DNA from: Candidatus Spongiisociaceae bacterium
Lineage (GTDB): Bacteria; Actinomycetota; Acidimicrobiia; Spongiisociales; Spongiisociaceae
DNA: 64,000 nt
Reading direction: 5' to 3'
Assembly (NCBI GenBank): GCA_965219685.1
Contig: CBDCOH010000002.1
Span: 3,232,001 to 3,296,000 of the forward strand
The notes under the pieces are model-generated. The model was not told where the DNA came from. It worked only from the letters and a program-made list of their open reading frames with translations, and searched no databases. A program made the translations under genes and the position numbers. Below are positions 9,838 through 19,001 of this stretch, one piece after another (position 1 is the first letter of the stretch; every line of letters begins with the position of its first letter).

Positions 9838-10878
9838 TCACACCTCCATCCTGACCTCGGCCTCCCGCCGTCCCAGCTGGTCGAACACCACCGCGCCCAG
9901 CAGCAGGACGCCCCTGGAGACCTCCTGCCAGAAGGACTGGACCTGCAGCAGGACGAGGCCGTTGTCCAGCACCGCCAGTATGAGGATCGCCACGAGGGTG
10001 CCGATCACCGAGCCCCTCCCCCCGTACAGGCTGGCGCCGCCGACGATGACGCCGGTCAGGGCCAGGAACTCCATCCTCTCCCCGGTGGTGGGGGAAACCG
10101 CACCCACCTGGGACACGACGATCATCGAGGCCAGCGCGACAGTCGCTCCGGTGAGGACGAAGGCTATGCCCACCTGCCTCTCGAGCGGGATTCCCGCCAG
10201 CCGAGCCGCCTGGGGATTGGCGCCGATGGCGTACATGTGCTGCCCGTACCTGGTCAGGCGCATTACCACGTAGAAGAGGGCCACCACCAGCAGGAGCACG
10301 ATCACGGCTACCGGTATCTCGATCCCTCCGACCTCGAAGCGGGTGCGCCCCAGGAACCTGAACCCTTCGATGCGGACTGCCCTCCCGTCCATCACGACCT
10401 TGGAGGCGCCGCGGAAGGCGACGAGGGTGGCGAGCGTGGTGAGGATCGAATTGACCCTGAACTTGATGATGGCGACCGCGTTGATGCCGGCGATCACCAT
10501 GGCCGCCCCTATCGCCCCGACGACTCCCCAGGCCAGTCCGTAGTCCCTCGCGAACACCGCGAAGACGGCGCCCGCAAATCCGATGGCGGATCCCACCGAG
10601 ACATCGACCTGCCTCGCCACGAGAAGCAGGGTCATGGCGCTCCCGATGATGCCGATGACCGCCCCGTTGACCAGTACGTTCACCAGGTTGGTGGACGTGA
10701 AGAAGAACGGGGACCGGAGGGTGAAGAAGACACACAGCAGGATCAGGACACCGACCCGGGCCTGCATGGCCGTGAACCGCACGCGGCCGACCAGTGTCGA
10801 GAGGAGGCCCGCGGCCGGGGCGCCGGGGGTGTCTCTCCCCCCGTTGCCCCGGCCCGGGTCAGAGTCTCCGGTGTTCAC
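9838..10878 (-). CDS. Sugar ABC transporter permease (RbsC-like)
   Basis: Multi-TM; VDVSVGS, YAIGANPQAARLAGI, GGASLYGGRGS. Confidence 0.95.
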   Translation of the reverse strand: MNTGDSDPGRGNGGRDTPGAPAAGLLSTLVGRVRFTAMQARVGVLILLCVFFTLRSPFFFTSTNLVNVLVNGAVIGIIGSAMTLLLVARQVDVSVGSAIGFAGAVFAVFARDYGLAWGVVGAIGAAMVIAGINAVAIIKFRVNSILTTLATLVAFRGASKVVMDGRAVRIEGFRFLGRTRFEVGGIEIPVAVIVLLLVVALFYVVMRLTRYGQHMYAIGANPQAARLAGIPLERQVGIAFVLTGATVALASMIVVSQVGAVSPTTGERMEFLALTGVIVGGASLYGGRGSVIGTLVAILILAVLDNGLVLLQVQSFWQEVSRGVLLLGAVVFDQLGRREAEVRMEV

Positions 10879-10917
10879 TGTTCGACGGCGCCCGGCTAGT
10901 GGTCTACCGGCAGAGCG

Positions 10918-12927
10918 CTATCCGGCCGCGGCTGGGTAGTGGTCGACCAGGTTGGAAGCGTCCAGGAACTGGTGATCGATGAAGATCTCCCGGCCCGGGT
11001 CCTCACCCATCGCCAACGCGATAGCCGCCGGAACCGCCAGACTCCCGTACCGGTCCGGGAAGTAAGCCACATCACCGATCCACTGCGGATTGTTCAGAAT
11101 GTCAGGCCACGCCGAAGCATCCGCCCCATGACCCACGATGAACACATGCTCACCACGACCCTGAGTCTCCGCCGCCGCGAACGCAGACGCCGCATCCGGA
11201 TCACCGAAACTCGACATCACCAGAATCACCGTCGCGTCCGGCACCGTCGTCAAAATATCGGTGAACTGCCGCCGCACGTTCTCCAAGGCATCCGATCCGC
11301 CCTGACGCTTGTCCACAACCCGGAACTTCGAATCAGGAACCGCACCGCAAACACCCTCGAAGCCCTCACGCGAACCACCAGCCCGCTGAGCGTTGATATC
11401 AGGCGAACTCAGATTCTCGATCGACACGTACAAGTCGAACGCGCAACCGAACTCCGACTGGGCGAAATCACCCAAACCGGCACCGGCCACCAACCCGGCC
11501 TCGTAACCGTTCGACCCCACGAACACCCGCTCGCACGGACCCTGCGGAACGTCCATCGTCACCGTCGGCAGATCACCATAAGCCTCACAAACCGCCTCAG
11601 CAGCATCCGGGAAGAACTGCCAGTTGATCACCGCGTCCAAACCCTGCGCATCCAAAGTACGAGCACACTGGATCGCCGTATCCGTAGAGAAATTCGCATC
11701 ACACTCGAACAACTCCACCCCGGCCGCCGCAGCCGCCTCACGAATACTCTCCGTCACGATGAACACGAACGGATCCGCATCACCACCAGAGATATAACCC
11801 AACTTGATCGGCTCATCAGTCGTCATCGCCGACTCATCAGCCATGCCGGCCGCGGCTGGGTAGTGGTCGACCAGGTTGGAAGCGTCCAGGAACTGGTGAT
11901 CGATGAAGATCTCCCGGCCCGGGTCCTCACCCATCGCCAACGCGATAGCCGCCGGAACCGCCAGACTCCCGTACCGGTCCGGGAAGTAAGCCACATCACC
12001 GATCCACTGCGGATTGTTCAGAATGTCAGGCCACGCCGAAGCATCCGCCCCATGACCCACGATGAACACATGCTCACCACGACCCTGAGTCTCCGCCGCC
12101 GCGAACGCAGACGCCGCATCCGGATCACCGAAACTCGACATCACCAGAATCACCGTCGCGTCCGGCACCGTCGTCAAAATATCGGTGAACTGCCGCCGCA
12201 CGTTCTCCAAGGCATCCGATCCGCCCTGACGCTTGTCCACAACCCGGAACTTCGAATCAGGAACCGCACCGCAAACACCCTCGAAGCCCTCACGCGAACC
12301 ACCAGCCCGCTGAGCGTTGATATCAGGCGAACTCAGATTCTCGATCGACACGTACAAGTCGAACGCGCAACCGAACTCCGACTGGGCGAAATCACCCAAA
12401 CCGGCACCGGCCACCAACCCGGCCTCGTAACCGTTCGACCCCACGAACACCCGCTCGCACGGACCCTGCGGAACGTCCATCGTCACCGTCGGCAGATCAC
12501 CATAAGCCTCACAAACCGCCTCAGCAGCATCCGGGAAGAACTGCCAGTTGATCACCGCGTCCAAACCCTGCGCATCCAAAGTACGAGCACACTGGATCGC
12601 CGTATCCGTAGAGAAATTCGCATCACACTCGAACAACTCCACCCCGGCCGCCGCAGCCGCCTCACGAATACTCTCCGTCACGATGAACACGAACGGATCC
12701 GCATCACCACCAGAGATATAACCCAACTTGATCGGCTCATCAGTCGTCATCGCCGACTCATCAGCCATGGCTTCGGTGGTGTCAGGCGCCGCCTCGGTGA
12801 CGGCAGGGGCTTGCGTGTCCGCCGGCGCAGGGGCCTCGTCATCGTCGCCGCAAGCCGCGGCGAACAGCAGGAAAACCGAGACGATCACCAGCCCGGGTCT
12901 GAACCGATACCACTTCCCTCCACGCAT
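10918..12927 (-). CDS. Sugar ABC substrate-binding lipoprotein with two identical binding domains
   Basis: GGAGG RBS, lipobox FAAAC, Ala/Thr/Pro linker, RbsB-like domain present twice. Confidence 0.85.
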   Translation of the reverse strand: MRGGKWYRFRPGLVIVSVFLLFAAACGDDDEAPAPADTQAPAVTEAAPDTTEAMADESAMTTDEPIKLGYISGGDADPFVFIVTESIREAAAAAGVELFECDANFSTDTAIQCARTLDAQGLDAVINWQFFPDAAEAVCEAYGDLPTVTMDVPQGPCERVFVGSNGYEAGLVAGAGLGDFAQSEFGCAFDLYVSIENLSSPDINAQRAGGSREGFEGVCGAVPDSKFRVVDKRQGGSDALENVRRQFTDILTTVPDATVILVMSSFGDPDAASAFAAAETQGRGEHVFIVGHGADASAWPDILNNPQWIGDVAYFPDRYGSLAVPAAIALAMGEDPGREIFIDHQFLDASNLVDHYPAAAGMADESAMTTDEPIKLGYISGGDADPFVFIVTESIREAAAAAGVELFECDANFSTDTAIQCARTLDAQGLDAVINWQFFPDAAEAVCEAYGDLPTVTMDVPQGPCERVFVGSNGYEAGLVAGAGLGDFAQSEFGCAFDLYVSIENLSSPDINAQRAGGSREGFEGVCGAVPDSKFRVVDKRQGGSDALENVRRQFTDILTTVPDATVILVMSSFGDPDAASAFAAAETQGRGEHVFIVGHGADASAWPDILNNPQWIGDVAYFPDRYGSLAVPAAIALAMGEDPGREIFIDHQFLDASNLVDHYPAAAG
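10922..12769. repeat. In-frame 924-bp tandem duplication (10922-11845 and 11846-12769)
   Basis: Both 308-aa translations are identical; no nucleotide difference seen by eye. Confidence 0.95.
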
Positions 12928-13075
12928 TTGCCTACCTCCCGTAGCACTGCTTGCGGGCATCGTGAACTCGCCTCGATACCACCCGAGTGACCGTAGCATC
13001 AGCGCGGACACCACCACCGGCCAGAGGCGATCTGAGTCATCGAACTCTCGATGTTGTGGTTTCGGACCACCAACC

Positions 13076-13519
13076 TCAGCGGCTGCGACCGCGGTGGTAG
13101 ATATCGACGAAGTCCTCGATCGGATGGCGAGCGATGGCGTCGCCGATGACTTCGAGGGGCAGGTCGTCGAGGCGCCGGAACCGTACGCAGCTCTTGCCCA
13201 TGTCGAAGCGCTTGCCGGAGGCGCGGTATGCCCGTTCGAAGTCGGCCCGGGCGTCCGGATCGGCGTGGACACCGGACAGGTACACGGCCATGTGCTGCTT
13301 CTGGGACGCCAGCGCGGCGTACATGAGCGGCTTGCCGTTGTAGGTATCGGGCTGGACGGCGAGCGGGACCTCATAGCAGATCATCCCCCACCTCATCTCC
13401 TCCGCGTAACCGTCGGGAAGGCGATCGAGGATGACCGTACGCACCCGGGAGATTGCCTCACGCCGCTCACGGGGAAGGCCCGCCAGATACTCGTCCACGC
13501 TGGTCGCATCGGATCTCAC
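13076..13519 (-). CDS. DUF1801/YdhG-like protein
   Basis: SVDEYL..LP, YNGKPL.YAALASQK, DMGKSCVRF; probable GTG start at 13519. Confidence 0.85.
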   Translation of the reverse strand: MRSDATSVDEYLAGLPRERREAISRVRTVILDRLPDGYAEEMRWGMICYEVPLAVQPDTYNGKPLMYAALASQKQHMAVYLSGVHADPDARADFERAYRASGKRFDMGKSCVRFRRLDDLPLEVIGDAIARHPIEDFVDIYHRGRSR

Positions 13520-13656
13520 AGCGCAGGAGCATAGGGCCCGTGACAAGAACGAGACGAAACGAACCCGCAGGATCGTGTGCGATCGGTCTGGCAGCTTGAC
13601 AGCGGTTCCATCCATGTAGTTACATATGGCGCGGTAAACGAACAGGAGTTCGGATC

Positions 13657-14196
13657 ATGGCTCAGAAGCGGCCAGCGTCCGCCCGTCGCAAGTGCTTCAT
13701 CTCGTATCACGATGCCAACAGGCGTGCGGTCGAGAACTTCGTAGCCATGTTCAGGGACGTGATCATTGCCCGGACGATTGGCATCACCGATGCGGACCCT
13801 TGGGTGGACTCCCGTGATGCCGACTACATCAAACGGGTGATTCGCGAGAAGCACCTGACAGACTCGACAGTGACCATCGTCCTGATAGGTAGGTGCACGT
13901 GGGCACGCAGGTTCGTTGACTGGGAGATAGCATCTTCGCTCAGAAACGATCCCAACAACAAGCGGAGCGGCATTCTAGGTATCAAACTGCAGTCAGGTGT
14001 GACGATACCTGCTCGTCTCCGAGACAACCTGCCTTCCAATAACGGCCCAGGGTATGCACGTATTAGATCTTATCCCACGACAAGTGACGCTCTACGACGC
14101 TGGGTAGAGGATGCCTTCACGGCCCGTACAACACGGCAGTCTTATATCAATAACAGACGATCCCTACGGAAGCGAAATGGCACTTGCCGGAAGTGA
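13657..14196 (+). CDS. ThsB-like TIR-domain protein (MTH538/DUF1863 type)
   Basis: KCFISYH, YIKRVIREKHL.DSTVTIVLIG..TW.R.FVDWEI (catalytic Glu present), SGILGI; AT-richer than flanks. Confidence 0.88.
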   Translation: MAQKRPASARRKCFISYHDANRRAVENFVAMFRDVIIARTIGITDADPWVDSRDADYIKRVIREKHLTDSTVTIVLIGRCTWARRFVDWEIASSLRNDPNNKRSGILGIKLQSGVTIPARLRDNLPSNNGPGYARIRSYPTTSDALRRWVEDAFTARTTRQSYINNRRSLRKRNGTCRK

Positions 14197-14217
14197 AGTG
14201 GATCGTCACTAGACCCC

Positions 14218-14679
14218 TTATGTCATGAGCCCTAATCGGAGAAACAACAATACGAGTCCCGCGACTACTATCTGCACCCCGTAAGGGAGGGCCAGAGTCC
14301 GGGACCGGAACACCTTCCAGCGGCCAATCCTCTCTTCAAGACCCGCTTCCTTAACCACGCTCATGAACTTCTCTCCGGCCGCGTCCATGAAGTACGGATC
14401 CGGCTCATCTGTTGTCCTTACATGCTCGTAGAACAATCTGAACAGCCGCTCTGACCTAAGGAAGTCTTGGTCGAGTATCCAGAAGGCCAGGGTGACCGCT
14501 GCACTGACGACGGCCAACTGGCAGACCCTCTGCTGCAGCGCAAAGCTCAGCAGCACTGCAGTGAGAGCAAAGCTCCAGCGCTTGGTGAGAAACGTCGCTC
14601 CGCTCAGGCGATCGATGACCCGCTGGATCATCTCCAGGTGTCTCACCCGAGGTTCGCCGAAGGACTCGTAGTCGTGCAT
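14218..14679 (-). CDS. Small 3-TM membrane protein (HLEMIQ..I.R....F..K.W type), putative TIR-associated effector
   Basis: N-terminal HLEMIQRVIDRLS, three hydrophobic segments, FWILD..FL..ERLFR..Y. Confidence 0.7.
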   Translation of the reverse strand: MHDYESFGEPRVRHLEMIQRVIDRLSGATFLTKRWSFALTAVLLSFALQQRVCQLAVVSAAVTLAFWILDQDFLRSERLFRLFYEHVRTTDEPDPYFMDAAGEKFMSVVKEAGLEERIGRWKVFRSRTLALPYGVQIVVAGLVLLFLRLGLMT

Positions 14680-14774
14680 CGTCCCCGCGAATGGTAGCGG
14701 TGCGTTGTTTCGAGTGCAGGCGGACTCGTGGAGGACGAATCAAGGGCGGCCCTTCATCGACCTGGGATCGGAGG

Positions 14775-16049
14775 TCAGGGTTTCAGCGCTGTGAGCGGCG
14801 CCACCGCCACACCGTCGTCCGCCTGGTAGCCGGGCCCGAACGCGGTCAGCACGATTAGCCGAGCAGGGTCTCCCCGCCGAGTGGTGTCTACCCGGGAACG
14901 CAGGGCTCGCAGGGAGCCCATGGCCTTCTTGACCGCGGACCCCCCACCGAGCTTGATCTCCACAGCAGCCCACCGGCCGTCGAGGCCATCGATGATGGCA
15001 TCGGCCTCCAAGTCGTTCTCGTCCCGGTAGTAATAGAGGCGCGCCCCTAAATGCTGTGCATAGACCCTGAGGTCACGGATTGCCATCGACTCGAACAGCA
15101 AGCCCATCATCTCCAGATCCCGCTCGAGGACGGGCGGGGAAGCTGCCAGAGCTGCTACCGCAAGCGCCGGATCGACGAAGTATCGCTTGGGGGTCTTCCG
15201 CAAACGGACCGACGACCTGAGGTGGGTGGACCATGCGGGAAGTGGCTCGATCACGAACATGCGCGCCAGTTCGTCCAGGTATGCCCTGATGGTGGAACGG
15301 GCAGGCGCACCCGCGCCTCCCTCGGCGAGATCGGCCAGCAGTGTGGCATTGGAGGCCGTGGTGGCCTCGTTGCGCGCGAGGGACGCGACCAGCCTCATCA
15401 CGAGCAGCGGGTTACGCCTCACCCCCGCCACCCGGGAGATGTCGAAGCGGGCTATGTCGTCGAGGTAGTCACGCAGGCGAGCCTGTGCCAGGCGCGGCGC
15501 CAGCCCGATCATGCGGGGCCATCCTCCCCGACAGATGAGGGAGGCCACATCGCCGATGGTCCGGCCCGAATCTCCCGCCCGGCAACGGTCGCCCGCCATC
15601 AGCGACGCCAAGGCCACCTCTCCGCTGGAGTCACCGGACTCCCAGAGCGACATGGGTCGCATCCGCACGCGGGCAACTCGTCCGGCGCCCGAGTGCTCGG
15701 TGATGTCATCCGGGGGATTCTGCGAGCCGGTGAGCAGGAAGTGTCCGAATCCCCCCCTACGGTCGCAGGCATGGCGCATCGGGTTCCAGATGCCGCGGAC
15801 CAACTGCCACTCGTCGAGCAGTCTCGGTTCCTCACCCGCCAGTATCGACTCCGGATCCACTTCAGCGGCGGTCCGTAGGGCCTCCGAGCCGTCAAGCATG
15901 ATCTCGCTGCGCGCGAACCTCTGCCCGGTCCAAGTCTTGCCGCAGCCTCTGGGACCCTCGATGAGCACCGCGGGCGCTGAAGCCAGCGCGTCGGCAACCT
16001 CGTCGTCCACTACTCGAGCCAGGTATCCGGGATTGCCGATGCCGACCAT
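14775..16049 (-). CDS. AAA_14-type ATPase with DUF4143 and C-terminal PD-(D/E)xK-like segment
   Basis: GPRGCGKT, LLDEWQ, LTGS, GGWP, PKRYFVD, GLLFES, YYRD..EAD..VEIK. Confidence 0.9.
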   Translation of the reverse strand: MVGIGNPGYLARVVDDEVADALASAPAVLIEGPRGCGKTWTGQRFARSEIMLDGSEALRTAAEVDPESILAGEEPRLLDEWQLVRGIWNPMRHACDRRGGFGHFLLTGSQNPPDDITEHSGAGRVARVRMRPMSLWESGDSSGEVALASLMAGDRCRAGDSGRTIGDVASLICRGGWPRMIGLAPRLAQARLRDYLDDIARFDISRVAGVRRNPLLVMRLVASLARNEATTASNATLLADLAEGGAGAPARSTIRAYLDELARMFVIEPLPAWSTHLRSSVRLRKTPKRYFVDPALAVAALAASPPVLERDLEMMGLLFESMAIRDLRVYAQHLGARLYYYRDENDLEADAIIDGLDGRWAAVEIKLGGGSAVKKAMGSLRALRSRVDTTRRGDPARLIVLTAFGPGYQADDGVAVAPLTALKP

Positions 16050-16087
16050 GCTGCCTACCTACCTCTGTCCTCTACCCCGCAGTCCAC

Positions 16088-16173
16088 CTACACTCCGCTT
16101 TGCGGGAATTCTATACTCCAATTTACGGGATATTCATACTCCGCTTTACGGGGATTCTATACTCCACTTTGCG
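16088..16173. repeat. 23-bp tandem array, about 3.7 units (consensus CTATACTCCRCTTTRCGGGRATT)
   Basis: Units at 16088, 16111, 16134, 16157, upstream of the DUF4143 ATPase. Confidence 0.9.
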
Positions 16174-16217
16174 TTGAGGAGACGCTCAACATCGCAAACG
16201 GGACGTAGGAGGTCGAT

Positions 16218-17633
16218 GTGAGTTCCGGGAAGGGTCGCCGGCTGAGGATCGGGTTGCTGTCGGTGTACTTCGGGCTGTTCGACGCGGCCATGCCTCCCGA
16301 GTTCCGCATGGATCGGACCGCTTTCGCGGAGGCGATGCGGGAGCGTCTGGAACGGTTCGGGTCCGTGGTGTATCCGGGAGTCGTGGACTCGGACGACACG
16401 GGTCGGGAGGCCGGAAGGTTGTTCGCGGAGGCCGACGTGGACGTGATCGTGTTCGCTCCCAGCATGGCGGCGCCTCCCAGCTACGGGTGGGAGGCCATCC
16501 GGGATCTGCCGGACGTTCCGCTGTTGGCCGTGGGCGCCCAGGAACTGGAGGAGGTGCCCGACGACTACGCCACCGAGGAAGCAACCCGGCGTAGCCTTCC
16601 GGTAGGGCTGGTCATGTTCACCAACGTGCTGGTCCGGGAGGGCCGGCGCTTCACCACCTTGATCTCGTCGGTGGGCTCGGATGATCTCGACACCGCCCTC
16701 GCGGAGACGCTGCGGGCGGTGGACGCCGCGGCGATGGTACGCGACACCCGGATGCTGGCAATCGGTGCTCCCATCTCCGGCTACCTGGACGTAGAGGTGA
16801 CTCCGGGAGAGCTGGCACACCTGGGAGTCGAGGTGACCGACGTCGACGCCGACGGGATCGGCCAAGCCTTCGAGGCGGTCGACAGCACCGCGGTGGACAG
16901 CCTCGTGGCGGACCTCCGGGACGAGTTCGATGCGACCGCCGTCGATGAGGTCACGCTCGATCGCTCGGCCCGGCTGGCCATCGCCATGGACCGACTCTGC
17001 GGGCAACACGGCGCCAACGCCGGCGCCGTCAACTGCCACAGCGACGTGCTGCGCTGGAACGACCGGGTCGGGATCACCGCTTGCCTCGGCGTGGCGCTGT
17101 GCACCAGGGACGGCACACCGTTCGCCTGCACGGGAGACATCCCCACCGGCATCGCCCTGGCGATCGGCAAGCGACTCGCCGGTTCAGCGCTCTACTGCGA
17201 GCTGTACCAGATGGACTTTCCCGGTGACTGGATCCTGCTGGCCAACGGCGGCGAGGGAGACCTGAGTATCCGCGCCCCGTCGGCCACGGTGCGGCTGCTC
17301 CCGGAGGACCACTACATGGGCAACCACGGACCCGGCACCGCGGTCGCCTTCGAGCTTCCAAGAGGGCCGGCCACGCTCATCAGCCTGACCCCCGTCAACC
17401 ACACCGGCGGATGGGTACTGGTAGGCGCCGAGGGTCACATCCTCGACTCGAAGCATCACGGTATGGAGGGACCCAACGCCATGTTCCGGTTCGACTCCGG
17501 GAACGTGGCCGGCGCCTACGCCCGATGGTGCGAGGCCGGCGCCACCCACCACGCCGGCGTCCTACCCGGCCACCACGGTGATGTCCTGCATCGAACCGCC
17601 CAGATCCTCGGGATGACCTACGCAGCCGTCTGA
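16218..17633 (+). CDS. L-fucose/L-arabinose isomerase family protein
   Basis: AVNCH, TACLG, FACTGD, GPATLISL, GATHH; GGAGG RBS. Confidence 0.75.
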   Translation: MSSGKGRRLRIGLLSVYFGLFDAAMPPEFRMDRTAFAEAMRERLERFGSVVYPGVVDSDDTGREAGRLFAEADVDVIVFAPSMAAPPSYGWEAIRDLPDVPLLAVGAQELEEVPDDYATEEATRRSLPVGLVMFTNVLVREGRRFTTLISSVGSDDLDTALAETLRAVDAAAMVRDTRMLAIGAPISGYLDVEVTPGELAHLGVEVTDVDADGIGQAFEAVDSTAVDSLVADLRDEFDATAVDEVTLDRSARLAIAMDRLCGQHGANAGAVNCHSDVLRWNDRVGITACLGVALCTRDGTPFACTGDIPTGIALAIGKRLAGSALYCELYQMDFPGDWILLANGGEGDLSIRAPSATVRLLPEDHYMGNHGPGTAVAFELPRGPATLISLTPVNHTGGWVLVGAEGHILDSKHHGMEGPNAMFRFDSGNVAGAYARWCEAGATHHAGVLPGHHGDVLHRTAQILGMTYAAV

Positions 17634-17675
17634 CGGTCCCATCGGCGTTCACGGAGAGTCAACGCACCGACCGGG

Positions 17676-18806
17676 CTACGACAGTCGGGCGTCTCCCGAT
17701 CGCGCGATTCGCCGAACCCAGTCACGGGCGAAGGACTGCGCGAAGTCCACCTCACCTCGCGCATTGGCAACGACCATGCCCCCCTTCCGCAGCCTGTTGC
17801 GGTAGACACGGGCGTAGTCCGCACTCTTGCCAAGCCGCTCCGCTATGTCTGAAAGGCGAGATACTTCGTCATCCTCGGCCATCGCACTCAGAAAGCGTCG
17901 GTCCACGTTCGACAGGTCCCTCCACACCGGCTCCAGGATCAGCTGCTCGGCGCGGCGGCGCGCCACGGAGATACCAACCGCCACGTCCTCGGACCAGATT
18001 CCTTCGGCTGGGCTCCGGGCTTGCCTCCATGAGTGAAAACCGACGAGTTGAACCATGAACGGATAACCGGAGGTGGCCGCTACGGCCTCGGCCAATGCGG
18101 CTGGTTCGATCGAAGAGCCCGATTCCTCGATCGGGCGAGCGATCGCATCATGGGTGGCAGTTGCTGATAGGCGGCCGATCTCGAACCGGGTGCACCGCTG
18201 GAAAAATGTGGTAGCCGTGCCCGACAGGACGGTGTCCTCGATCAGGTTCAATCCGGCGCCCAGGAAAGCAACCGGACGCTGCTCCCGCCGGGTGACGTGC
18301 TGGATGATCGCCCCGAAGGCTCGGACCTCTTCCACGTCACCGTTGTGGAGTTCGTCGAGCGTCACCAGAAGACCTGCATTCTTCGAGCCAAGATGGTCGC
18401 CGAGTTCACTGAGCAACCTGCGCAGCGACCCGGCTCGAACATCTGCGGGTTCGCCCAACTCCACCTTCACCGGACCGAGACCGACCCCGGTGATCGGCCT
18501 CCCTCTTCCTCGTAGGGATTGAAGCAATACCCTTGCGGCATCCTCCAAGCGTTCCAGTATGCCCGTGGTGGACATATCATCGGCAATCACCTCCCACCCG
18601 CGGTCGGCAGCCCGATCCTCCAACGCGTTCAGCAAAACGGTCTTACCCATTCCGCGGGCAGCAGTGATCAATGCGGTGTAGTCGGGATGTCTGGGGCCGA
18701 TCTCGATGGCCTCGTCGAAGTCACCGATGATCCGGTCGCGACCGGCCAGTAAGGGCGGAGAGGCGCCGAAAGTCGGAGAGAATGGGTTCTGCCGCACATC
18801 CGCCAC
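17676..18806 (-). CDS. AAA+ ATPase with C-terminal winged HTH
   Basis: NPFSPTFG..P..LAGR, ARGMGKT, VTLDELH, GYPFMVQLVG, C-terminal LSDIAERLGKS..Y..VYRNRL. Confidence 0.85.
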   Translation of the reverse strand: MADVRQNPFSPTFGASPPLLAGRDRIIGDFDEAIEIGPRHPDYTALITAARGMGKTVLLNALEDRAADRGWEVIADDMSTTGILERLEDAARVLLQSLRGRGRPITGVGLGPVKVELGEPADVRAGSLRRLLSELGDHLGSKNAGLLVTLDELHNGDVEEVRAFGAIIQHVTRREQRPVAFLGAGLNLIEDTVLSGTATTFFQRCTRFEIGRLSATATHDAIARPIEESGSSIEPAALAEAVAATSGYPFMVQLVGFHSWRQARSPAEGIWSEDVAVGISVARRRAEQLILEPVWRDLSNVDRRFLSAMAEDDEVSRLSDIAERLGKSADYARVYRNRLRKGGMVVANARGEVDFAQSFARDWVRRIARSGDARLS

Positions 18807-18851
18807 CTGTCACCCCTGACCAGCTTCGCCATGATTCTAGCCGGGCCCCTG

Positions 18852-18903
18852 TTTTCTGAGCTTTTCGCTTTTTCTGAGCTTTTCGCTTTTTCTGAGCTTT
18901 TCG
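18852..18903. repeat. 18-bp tandem array x3 (TTTTCTGAGCTTTTCGCT)
   Basis: Units at 18852, 18870, 18888 (last one 16 bp), 45 bp upstream of the ATPase start. Confidence 0.95.
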
Positions 18904-19001
18904 ATTCTACAGAGCGGACCGCGAGCCACTTCTCTCTAGCCGCTGCTTGATTCGGACAGATCAGGTAGGCCTGTTCCCCGGTCTCCGCCAGGTAACCGGT
19001 C

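Noticed and set aside
10939-12990. 683-aa + strand ORF and the many other long antisense ORFs
   Set aside because: Shadow frames of high-GC genes; no motifs, and they fully overlap well-supported genes.
12928-13374. 149-aa N-terminal extension of the sugar-binding protein
   Set aside because: Overlaps the DUF1801 gene; RBS and lipoprotein signal point to ATG 12927.
16088-16173. Possible mini-CRISPR array
   Set aside because: Units are directly adjacent with no unique spacers and no cas genes are present.
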